DNA of 64,000 bases, taken from NCBI RefSeq assembly GCF_001447785.1, contig NW_015171606.1:1-64000 (forward strand). Reading direction: 5' to 3'. This document shows, piece by piece, positions 26,101 to 38,100 of the stretch. How positions within the stretch are numbered: position 1 is the stretch's first letter; each line of letters opens with the position of its first letter. The position numbers were made by a program, and so were the translations under genes. The notes beneath the pieces were generated by a model that did not search any database, was not told the origin of the DNA, and was given only the letters and a program-made list of their open reading frames with translations. This DNA is from Gekko japonicus. Lineage: Eukaryota.

Positions 26101-29100
26101 CTGGCTTCCGCGATCCCTGTGAGCACGCAACTCGATATAGCAGCTCAGCATCATCTCTTTATGATGGGTCGAAATGGCAGCAACATTAAGCATATCATGC
26201 AGAGGACTGGTGCTCAGATCCATTTCCCCGATCCCAGTAACCCACAGAAGAAATCCACAGTCTACCTCCAGGGCACTATCGAGTCCGTCTGTCTTGCCAG
26301 ACAGTACCTCATGGTAAATAATTTACATGAAAGCTTTGGGGAAACATCAGATCGTATTAAGGGAGGAGGGTTGTTCATGGGATCAAATGGATGCTAGGTA
26401 GGGCCCCGGGTTGACCCTCTAGTGCAGCGGTTCTCAACCTGTGGGTCGCGACCCTTTCACAGGGGTCGCCTAAGACCATCGGAAAACACAAATTTTCGAT
26501 GGTCTTATGATAGCAATGAAAGTAATTTTATGGTTGGGGGGGTCACCACAACATGAGGAACTGTATTCTAGTGTATGCTTGGCAGTGCCACTGCTCCCCT
26601 TGCTTAGCTGTCCGTGGGCATCAACCCAAATCTGGGCTATACGACTTCAGATTACAGGTAGGTCCTCCCATTACAGAATACTCTTCTGGGCAACTCTGCT
26701 CATAAAGAAGTATGTTGAGGAGGAAATCACCCCAACATCTCGGATTGTCGCTATTGGGTTTTTTTGTGTATGACATACTAGTGGGTCATTTGACACCCCC
26801 CCCCAGCACAGGTTTATAACCTCATCTCATTAAGAGTATCTGGCGGTATATGTTTCCAAACACGAGCGTCTCATTCACGCACTTCTTCTTAAGTGTACAT
26901 ATACAGCATCTAAAGTAGATACATTTGTCTAGACTCTAGGTGATATGGTGTGATCCAATGAATGTTAAGTACTTCTAAGTACCATTGATTTCAATGGGAG
27001 AATTGAATCTTTCCTATTCAAATCAACGGGACTGAAAAGTGCTAAACCTCAGGTGGAATGTGCCCATGAGGTAGAGCCTGCTAGCTTATGAACGATTTTA
27101 ACTGTATACATCTGGAGTGAATACTTTTTTTTAAAAAAAAAGAGGGGTTTCAAGTCCCAGCAATTCTTTTTGCAAAAATCTGCTTACCAGCTCCTAATGT
27201 TGGAGTGAGCTAGCAAAATCTTTAAAATATCTTCTTGAGGGTTTTTTAAAGCAGAATATTGGAATTTGAGGCTTATGAATCCAGGGAATCATTGAGTTTT
27301 CCTCTCTTATAACCCCGGAGACAACTGTGAATTTTGACTTGTGTCACAGTAATTTGTAATGTGTACTCCCTTTCGATAGTAATTAACGTGGCCATTCTTT
27401 CTTTCAATGCTGCAGGGAAGTGCACTTATAATTGGATGGTAAGACATGGTTCCATTTTATCTATATAATCTGTGATTACTAAGAATCCACCTAGCAGCAT
27501 TCAGTGTGCAGGAAGAAATTGATCTAGAACCATGGTCTTTAATACTGTTAGATGAAAAAAGGGATGCAGTCGTTTTCTATTTAGAGATGTCAAAAAAAAA
27601 TTAATTTGCTTGTGATAGCGAAGATTTTGTGCTCCTTAAATATTCTAAACAATAGCGAGCAGATTAAGTGCTAGCATAATTTCACAGGTGATACTAAGCC
27701 TTCCTTAAGTATTCAGTATGTCTAATGACTGTTAAAGTATAATAGAGAACTGTGTTAGAATCTGAGATGCATCATAATCCATAGATTTTCTTTTCATTCA
27801 CATTTCAAGCATTGGAAATAATGGAAGTATTGTTTCACTTGTAGTGTAACAAACGTGTGCTAAAATGTTTTGGATCCCAACAAAAATAACCACTGGTCAA
27901 AGTATTTCTGTCAGCAGAATGTGACTTTCTCTCCTCCTCCTTCCCGCTGTAGCCCAAAATTCCTCACAAATTGCTGTTCCCTGGGGACGGGAGACCCCCT
28001 TCCCCCCAGAAACAGCAGAAAGAGGAAGTTGGAGATCAGCAATGGGATGTGGGAATCGATAAAAATTATCTCCCTTTCTGCCTGAGGAAGTTGTTAGGTT
28101 GGACCCATCCCAGTGAAATTCTTGGTATTACTAAATAGTCCGTTGTTCTTCCAGTGTTCAGGTGCCTTTTGCCATTTTTGTTTAATTTACTACACTACAC
28201 CGATTGTTTAATTTAACATCTGCATTTGAGTGAAGTTCATAGTTTCATAGTGAACGTCACGGTTTGCGTGTTTCTCGACATCAAGATAAAGCTTTTCATT
28301 AGCATCTGAAGATTTACTGTTGGCCATTTTCGATCAATGGGCATGTTCACGAATCATTTATGCAGGCTGAGTTCAAACGTGGTATTAAACTGTGGCTTAA
28401 TGGTTAAATTCGAATGCTGGCCATTCCACTGTCGATGGCATCGGGGACCCAGGCAGCAGATTGTCATGGTGATGAGCTAACCTGATGTGTGTGTTATGAC
28501 TATGTTTAAATTACCATACTACTGAAGTCTACGGAGGTCAGATTCTAGTGTTTTAATATCATTAGTTTTTACGTCTTGAGGTTTGTACTCTTAAACATTG
28601 TATTTTGCTGCATCTTGGGTTTTTTCCCCCTCTAGAGTCGGATTCGACTGGCTTTCAAGCAAGGGAACCTTTACCTTTACCTTTATCCAACAGAGCATTG
28701 ACTAGAGGCACAAAGGATTTCTTGCCCATCTGTTTCCTCTCCTGCCATCCCTTCCAAGCATTGGCGTTGCCCCAGTTCCCAAGAATTATTTTCAGTGTTA
28801 CAGGACCCATGTGAAGAAATAGCCATGCAGATTGGACTGCTCCAGTGTGGAGGAAGAAGGCAGAAAAATTGCTCCATTCCCCTGTTCAAGGGCTTCCCCT
28901 CAGTCTTTTCAGTAATGTCAGAATAGCTCTTTATTCCTCACTTAGCACCTCACTACCATCAGTTCACTTTCCCTCCCGTTTGCCTTTAAAGCAAATACCA
29001 AAATGATTTTTGGGGTGAAGGCCACCTAACAGGCACACAGAGTTCCATCCATTCTCTGTTTGACACCCCTGTGTTAGGTGGCATCTGAATGCAGCCTCCA

Positions 29101-32100
29101 TGTATTCAGCTATCTCTTAACCATCAAAGTTACTGGTATTCATTACAGAGCTGGTGCAAAGCATAGGATGGGCAAACTGGTTCCCACCTGTAGTGTATCA
29201 GGCCCTGACAGGGCCATGCATGCCTGGACTTGTCCACGCACAAATACCTCTAGCTTCAGACCGAAAGACAATGGGCAAGTAGGATCCTAGCCAGGCCCAA
29301 TGAAAGGGCTAGGTCCCTTCTCTGTTTGACACCCCTATGTTAGGTGGCGTCTGAATGCAGCCTCCGTGTATTCAGCTATCTCTTAACCATCAAAGTTACT
29401 GGTATTCATTACAGGGCTGGTGCAAGGCATAGGATGGGCAAACTGATTCCCACCCTAGTCTTATTTGCAATATTTCTGTTCCGTTTTAATCTTGTCATGT
29501 GAGAAATCAAAAGTAAGAGGGGGGCATGTCCATTTTAGTCTGGAAGCACGGAGCTATTAAGATTTTCCAAAGCTGTCATCGTTGGCAGTCCAGGTGCTGC
29601 ACAAGTTGTCTGTTTCTCACTTGAGTACAAAATGTGGAAGAGGAAATCAATAAAAATGTTTCCTGTATTGATGGCAAACTGAAGTCTACACACTGCTGTG
29701 CAGGAGGCATTAAGTGTCCTCTGAGTCTGTGATGACTCTTTGCGGGCTAGCTATTTTCATCGGATTTTGTAATTGATCTTTTCAGGGTTGCCTTCCTCTT
29801 GTGCTGATGTTCGATATGAAGGAAGAAATCGATGTAGAACCACACTTTATAACTCAACTAATGGAACAGCTGGATGTCTTCATTAGTATTAAGCCAAAGC
29901 CAAAGCAACCAAGCAAGGTGGGTCACAGATCTGTCCTTTGCATGGGAGAGTCATTTTTGTTCTTATGCTGACTCTAGTATACATAATTAGAAAGTTTTGC
30001 TCATTATTAACAATACTTTTGTGATACCTGCTTCAGCAGAGTAACTGTGATACCAATCTGTATTTTTAAGGGATGAATCTAGTTTTGGATTTCTGAGAAA
30101 TGCACTTTTCAGTAATTCAGAAGCTCTGTGCCAGTCCACCCTGTGCTTCTAATACAATCAGGAATCTAAGTCATACCAAGGTAAAAGAGGGTGATAGTCC
30201 TGTGATCCACTCTTGATCCCTAACTATGGGTGATTGTTGCATCTTCAATCAATAACAGTGATGCTGCTGCCAATCTGTTTCCTTAAAAAAAAAAATCCAT
30301 GGGCTCCAGAAATGCAGTTCAACATTATCACGCAAGTTCACTGTGTAATAAGAGCTTTCAAGAGCAGAAGAAGAGGAGAGTCGTTTTTTATTCCCCCCCC
30401 CTCCCAATACCTTAAGGAGTCTCAAAGCGACTTACAATCGCTTTCCCTTCCTTTCCCCATGACAGGCACCTTATGAAATAGGTGGGGTTGAGAGAGCTCT
30501 GAGAGAACTGGGACTGACTCAACAGGCTTCATGTGGAGGAGGAGTGAGGGGGAATCAAGCCCGATTCTCCAGATTAGAGGCTTAACCACTGTACCACATC
30601 CTGAGGGACTTTCCTCTCTTTTCAAAATAATTTCTAAGGCCAAAATTAGCGTTCCTCTCTCCACAACAAAGAAGCTGCTGATTTGGCTTACTTTCCCTTC
30701 GTCTGAATGTACTCAGGTGCCCTTGCATGGAATTGACGGCAGGAAGTGTGGGTGACCTGCACTGTGTGTTGGATCTCATCCACAGAAGCAGGTGATGCGC
30801 ATGCGTCTCTCATGGGGACAGAACACACTGTTTTCCTTTGGTGTGTTGGGTTTAACAAACTCCCTGCTTGAATTCTGAAAAACACAAGTCACTGGAGTTG
30901 CCTCGCGGTGCAGCCGCCGTTTGCCCCGACATCATTTGTCAATTTCACACCCGAGGCTGCGGGGCTGCATTTGACCCGCGGCTTCGCCCGATTTCCTTCG
31001 CAGTTTCGTAATCCTCAAAAAACAGGATCACGAAACTGCGGAGGAAATCGGGCGAAGCTGCGAGTCAAAATGCAGCCCCGCAGCTTCGGGTGTGAAATTG
31101 ACATGTTTGTGTCGGGGCAAACGGTCGCCCAGTGACTGCCTCTTGCTATTCCAGGGCTTGTGCAAAAGGCATACGTGACCGTCCATATTTCAAGGGAAGT
31201 GGCTCATTTGCCAGGATTCTGAACGTTTGATTGACGCTGGCTTCCACAATTCTGCCGCTCTTGTGCCAATCTCTGTCTTAAGGGATGAAGACAAAATTAA
31301 CATCTTGCAACATTTGGGAGACATTAATAGGAACAAGAGTTAAATATGGCAAGATCCTCTACAGTTACAATTGGATAATATCTCCTATTATCCTGCTTTT
31401 AACTTTACAATATTGCCTAATTTGTATCTGGCTGCGTTTGAACTGGCGTACCGTACTGTGGTTTCAGTTTCACTACCTGCCCCCCCCAAAAGTCAATATT
31501 TATTTTCTTGATATCGCAGTAAAACTTTTAATAATAAAGGCTTCCAAGGAAAGTGAGAGCAGAGCCCATAATTCTTTTTTTTTAATGTGGTTTTGAGAGC
31601 TGAAAGAAAGACAAGCAAGAAGGGGGGGGGCAAGCCAGATGTTCTAACATTTCCTTAAATGATATCTGGCATCTTTACTAAACTTCGGGCTGATTTGCTC
31701 ACAGCCTCCAAACGCTGCCGCTCCTGTGGTTCATAGGTTTGTGCGGCAGAAACGTTATTTGAGTCCTCGCCCATGAACCTGGTTTTCCCTTTACAACACT
31801 GATCTTCCAAAAGCGTTGCAGTGCTAAGGTGAAGCAGGACCCTGTGACGTAGCACTTGAGCATCTTCTTGGTGCTGTGTACTTTCAGTTCAAGCTAGCGT
31901 GGCTTTGAACACACATTTGGAAATGGCTCTTGTGAAGAGAAGAAGAAGTAGAAGAGAGTGGATTTATACCCCGCCCTTCACTTGGAGTCTCAGAGCGGCT
32001 TACAAACTCCTTTCCCTTCCCCTCCCCACAACAGACACCCTGTGAGGTGGGTGGGGCTGAGAGAGCTCTTGACAGAAACTGCTCTTTTTCAAGAACAGCT

Positions 32101-35100
32101 GTGCCAGAACTTGTGACTGACCCAAGGTCATCCAGCAGGTGCAAGTGGAGGAGTGGGGAATCAAACCCGGTTCTCCCAGATAAGAGTCCGCGCACTTAAC
32201 CACTACACCAAACTGGCTCTGATATTTATTCTCTGAAGGAGTATGAACACTGTAGTACCAGTCTCCAAGAATGAAATCTGCGCGCATATTTAAGTTTATG
32301 GAATATCCGCAGTCCTCCTGAAGACCGGGACCTGTGATTTTTGTCCCAGTCCTTGCCACCTAGAGGCACACCAAGGCTATATGGACTTAAACTCCCTCTC
32401 TCTGCAAAACAAGGACCTGCCTAGTAAATGAGCTTCCTTTCTTCCTGTTGGAGCAGTCCCCTTCTCATCTTTTCCATTCTTGATGTTAACTTTGGTTCTT
32501 CACTACACAAACGCAGTTTCTTATTACCATAAAATCTATATTTGAACATAAGAACGTAAGAGAAGCCAATGTTGGATCAGGTCAGTGGCCCATCCAGTCC
32601 AACACTCTGTCACACAGTGGCCAAAAATACCAGGTGCCATCAGGAGATCCATCAGTGGGGCCAGGACACTAGAAGCCCTCCCACTGTTGACCCCCCCCCC
32701 AAGCACTCTTTAAACAAAACATGTGTCTCGGACAAAGCAATTTACAAATGGCTATTTCCCACTGTTTACATGGGTTTGTGTTGGTGTACATGCTTTTTTT
32801 TTTGCCCCCCCCCCCGAAGGGGAATTTTTTATTTTTTTGCATTTTCTACACACTACAATTATGGGATAGGGGAAGGGATACTAATACCCTAACACTAATA
32901 CTATGGGTGATGGGTAAAAGAGCTCTTATACATATATATCTACTTGATAGGGAAAGGAAAACTATCATTCTAATCTATTTCATCTACTGGATTTGGAGAA
33001 AGGAAGTCTAATACATGTCACGATCTGGATAGTTGAAAAAATAATGCTTTTTAACCTAATATAACAGGTGATACAAAGATTTGATTCAATTATGATAGTA
33101 CACATTTAATAGCTTAACATAATTACTGCCTTTAGTACTATTGTCTTAGTTCTAGAGTCTTGTCTTCTTGCGTTTCTTCGTTTTCAGGAGTTTGGGGGCA
33201 GCCTCTCCTTTCTCCGATTCAGATGATTCTGATGATGTGGAATTTTGGCTTATTGAATCCTGTGAGTAGGATTCTTCTTCTTCCTCCCTATCTGGTTTGA
33301 AATTCTTTTCCTTCTGCTTCTTTTTTATATTAAACATTTGATCCATAAATGTTTCCACTTTTGGCACAGAGTCAATTTTATATTTTTTGTTCTGATAATT
33401 GAAGCTCAGCCCTTCCAGGAATAACCATCTGTATGGTATTTCCTTTTTTTGCAGAGTGAGAGTAAGCATCCTGTAGCCTTTCCTCCATTTTCTAACTTCA
33501 AAAGGGATGCTTTTAAAATTTTTATGTCTTCATTCTTGATTCATTGTTGACTAACACCAGTTCTCTGGTAGCTCGTTTCATGAATTTTAGTTAGGTTTCC
33601 CCTCGGAGTTTGTTTTTCTTTATAAATTCCGGATAGGTTCTGTAAGCCACATCCATTTCTTTTATTAAATCTTCTTGTTTATAATCCATTAATGGGACCA
33701 AGGCAACCCCCAAAAGTTCTTTTAAATCCTTGTTCTTCTCTTCAAGGATCCCATGGAAACATAGAACGTACATGGATCTTTCCAGCTGGAGCTGTATTAG
33801 TTGCATTTTATCAGAGGATCTCTCCTTCTCTGCTTCATCCACTCTTTTGTTAATGCTCTCAGTCTGTTTTTCCATCTTTTTCAACATTTTCTCAGTTGCT
33901 GAGGTTCTTCTATCCATTTGATTCAATTGTTTTTGGCCATTGTCCAGCTTAGTGTTGAGGTTAGTCATCTGATCCATTAGGGGGCGCAGTGCATTTGCTA
34001 GCAATGAAGAAAAGTCTGTAGTTACTTCCTGGTTCTGGGAGGGAGTCGTTGGTATGTTATTTCCGGTCCCCAGTTTTTTCCCCGGCCCCCTCCGTCCTCT
34101 CCCAGCCATAATATCAACAAGCAGTAAGTTTTCCAAAACAAGACAAAAGTTATGCGATTTAGTCCCGCTTTGTATACTTTAGCAGTTTTTGCATTCGCTT
34201 AACTTCTTATGCGTTTATTNNNNNNNNNNNNNNNNNNNNNNNNNNNNNNNNNNNNNNNNNNNNNNNNNNNNNNNNNNNNNNNNNNNNNNNNNNNNNNNNN
34301 NNNNNNNNNNNNNNNNNNNNNNNNNNNNNNNNNNNNNNNNNNNNNNNNNNNNNNNNNNNNNNNNNNNNNNNNNNNNNNNNNNNNNNNNNNNNNNNNNNNN
34401 NNNNNNNNNNNNNNNNNNNNNNNNNNNNNNNNNNNNNNNNNNNNNNNNNNNNNNNNNNNNNNNNNNNNNNNNNNNNNNNNNNNNNNNNNNNNNNNNNNNN
34501 NNNNNNNNNNNNNNNNNNNNAGTGCCTTGGAAGAGACTCTCCTCAGCTCCCCAGGCTGGGGGTCTCCTACAGAGACCCCAGGGAGGTCCGGGATGAACTC
34601 GGACCCCTCCTGTCAGCTGGGTCTCAGCGCGTCTCCACCAGAGCGAGACGGGACGCGTCCAAGCAGTGAAACGCTTAGACCGGAAGTCCATGTTGGTGTA
34701 CATGCTGAGCATGAAACCATGGTTAACTTAAAGGAAGAAGGGAGTGGTTAATAAATGTTCATGAATCTGCTTCATTTGCAAACTGTAGCTTTTTGGGAGC
34801 CAACATTGCATGTATGTTCTGTTTGGAGTGTTACACAGTTGGGGCAGGGGTATCAGTTGGTATGGGATACATAATTCAGAAGTCCCTCAACTTGGAAATG
34901 GAATCATTAGTGGCATGCAGTGATGCCACTGTCTTTCCAAGATGCGGGGGGGGGGATGTTAGTCTAGGTGCTGTAGAACATCTTGTTGGCTAATCTTGCT
35001 TTAAAAATGAGGAAAAGATAGAAAAAAGGAAAATTAACAGTCTTGGGTAATGGAGCTGTAGAGGCCATGATAGGAGGAGGGAGTTTGTTTGGCTATACAC

Positions 35101-38100
35101 ATCAAAAATTGGCCAGTTATCAAATGACTGAGTATAATTCTAAGTAATATTTACATAAGAAATGGATTTTTGTTTAAATGTCAATTTACCCCCTCTTTTG
35201 AAGTCTTACAAAATATAAACTTTGATTCAATAACTGTGTATTTTATCCTGTAACTGTTAGAAGAAGCTAGCTGCATTTTAGTGTTTCCGTATTGTAAAAG
35301 TCTTTAAAAAATTAGAAAACTCAAATATGTTTGAGGGCATGTGCGCTTTTTATTATGCATGCCGGAGGATGAATTTAATTTAAGTGTAGGTTTGTAAGCA
35401 ATTCCTCTTGCACTTGTTGCCAACTGTATCAAATTGTTTGAAATATTTATTGTACTCTCATTATTGTGTATTTCTTCCCCCCTCCCCCTTCTTTACAGTC
35501 TGTAATCGTGAAAAGCGTTGAGCGAAATGCCTTAAACATGTACGAGGCACGGAAATGTCTCCTGGGCCTTGAAAGCAGTGGAGTTGCCATAGCAACGAGC
35601 CCATCCACAGTCTCCTGTCCCATTGGCCTCTCGTGTCCTGGCTTGGATATCCTATCCTCAGCTGGGCTAGGACTCACTGGACTCGGTACAAACCGTTATG
35701 CTTGTGTTCATAATATTTTTTAAAACTTAGCCTAACGATGTGCAAAAAAATGAGCTATGTGCCTGAGATCCAACAGGGGAAATGGAAGTAATTGTGTTTG
35801 TCTTAGACATGGGAAATAAAGGGATTTAGGCCTCTGTTGGTTGGTCAGCAGTGAAGACTGGAACTGTTGAAATAGAATGTGCAACAGGGAAGAATTGGAT
35901 AAAACGTTTGGACTTTTTAAAAAACTGATGTGCCAAGTTCCCAAAGTTGGCTCTTGATCCCACTATTTATTTATTTATCTATCAAACTTTTACCCCGCCC
36001 TCCCGCCAAGGTGGCTCAGGGCGGCTTACAAATAATTAATACCAGTATACAATTAAAACCAGATTAACATTTGAGGGGTAGGGAGGGACGTTGCAGCTCT
36101 CAATTTAAATCCATTGTACATACATACATATGATGTGTGCATGAAGCTGCCTTCTGCTGTATCCGACCATCACTCCCTCGGGGCCAGTATTGTCTACAGG
36201 GTGGGATAAAAATACCTAAATCAAAAAATAAAAATCACTCCCTCGGGGCCAGTATTGTCTACTCAGACTGGCAGCAGCTCTCCAGGGCCTCAGGTTGAGA
36301 TCTTTCACATCACCTACTACCTGATCCTTTTAACTGGAGGTGATGGGGATTGAACCTGGGACCTTCTGCATGCTAACCAGTTACTCCACCGCTTAACCAT
36401 GCCCCCCTCCCGAGTTCGATTACTTGGTGAGAGGAGCTACCATTCTGGGGGCTGTGGTTTTTAGTGTGCTACTCTTCAAGAATGTCAAGGAAGCAAAGAA
36501 TATCATGTATCCTTCCATTTGGTATCAGATAGGAATAATTTGAATGAATGACTTTCCCCCAAAACATTGTTTAACCATTTCTGTACAGGCATTTGTAACT
36601 GGTCTCTTATTTTTGGTGCAGGTCTCTTGGGTCCCACTGCCTTGTCCGTCAACACATCCACTACTCCAAATTCTCTCCTAAATGCCCTTAATAGTTCTGT
36701 CAGTCCTTTGCAAAGTCCTAGTTCAGGCACACCTAGCCCAACGTTATGGGCCTCTTCCATTGCCAATACAAGTGCCACAGGCAAGTATATTATCTTCACG
36801 TGCTGTTAAAAAGTAAGGTTTTTGAAGCAAGACACTTTTTTGTTTCAGATATCAAAGGAAGAATTGTATTAATCTGGAAAGGACTTCTGTTCTCTTGCTT
36901 GCAGGATTCTCTGCTATTCCCCACCTGATGATACCATCTACGGCCCAGGCCGCTTTAACTAGTATACTTTTGTCCGGAGTGCCAAACTATAGTCAGAACA
37001 CACCCTCTCCCCCTCCCGGCTTAACCCCAGTTGATATCCATGTCAATGGCATACAAACAGAAAACAAGAAAAGCCAAACTTCTCTGAACGGCCATGTAAA
37101 GGTAAACAAGGTGACTTTAATCTATAAGCTATCAAAATCAAGACTTGCAATGCTTAGATCAGGAGTCCCAACCTTTTTGGACCTGTGGGCACCTTTTGAA
37201 TTCTGACACAGGGTGGTGGAGGGAGCCACAAAATGGCCACTATGGGAGGCAAAGCCGACCACGCATGCATGGGAGGCCCAAGTGCAAGAGAGGAGAGCAG
37301 TCAATTTTAAATAATGCATCGGGGAAGAGGAGTCAGATAAAGAATAAAGCCAACGGTATTGGCAGTTGTTGCTGAAATGTTATTTTAATCTGAGCAGCTG
37401 TCAGGGCCCCGGTCAAATCACTCTTCGCACACACTTTCTTGGTTGAAAGTTTTATTAGAAGATATGAGATGTTTAGGGAATGACTTCTTTTGTCAGAACT
37501 GAGGTGCAAAGGCAGGAAAGGTGAATGTAGTTACAATCACACATTCCATTCATACACGTCAGCAATCTACTCGGACCATAGGAATAGGGGCCCTCCTGTA
37601 GCTAATCAAAGATGTTTCTCCAAGGACATCTCCCCGTGTGAAACGATGTCTTGTTGGGGCTCCATAGAAGAGCTACAGCTGCAAGCGTCTACTCCTACAC
37701 ATGTGTTCTCACTCACACTCTCACTCCCCTCGCCTAGCAATGCGATGGCAGGCGAGGGTAAAGATAAACCCACTAGAATACACTTTGTGGGGGTGGGTAA
37801 GCCAGGTTAGAGCAGGGGGAGATACATCAGGGAGTTTTGAATGGCAATAAAACACCTACATATGATCAATCAACCCGAGCCTGACAACAGCCACTCAGAT
37901 TGCCCATGGGCAATTAGAAGCCCTACTGGGCGGGAGCCTACCTGGCCCCGCCCACTTTCTAAAAGCACTTGACGGGCACCAGGAGTGGTGTTGGCAGGCC
38001 CCAAGGCACACACCCCGGGCGCCACCTCGGGGGACCCTGCTTTAGATTGATTCGTTTTTAAAAAGCATCGATTTGAAAAGTTCCACAAGTAGGACAGAAC

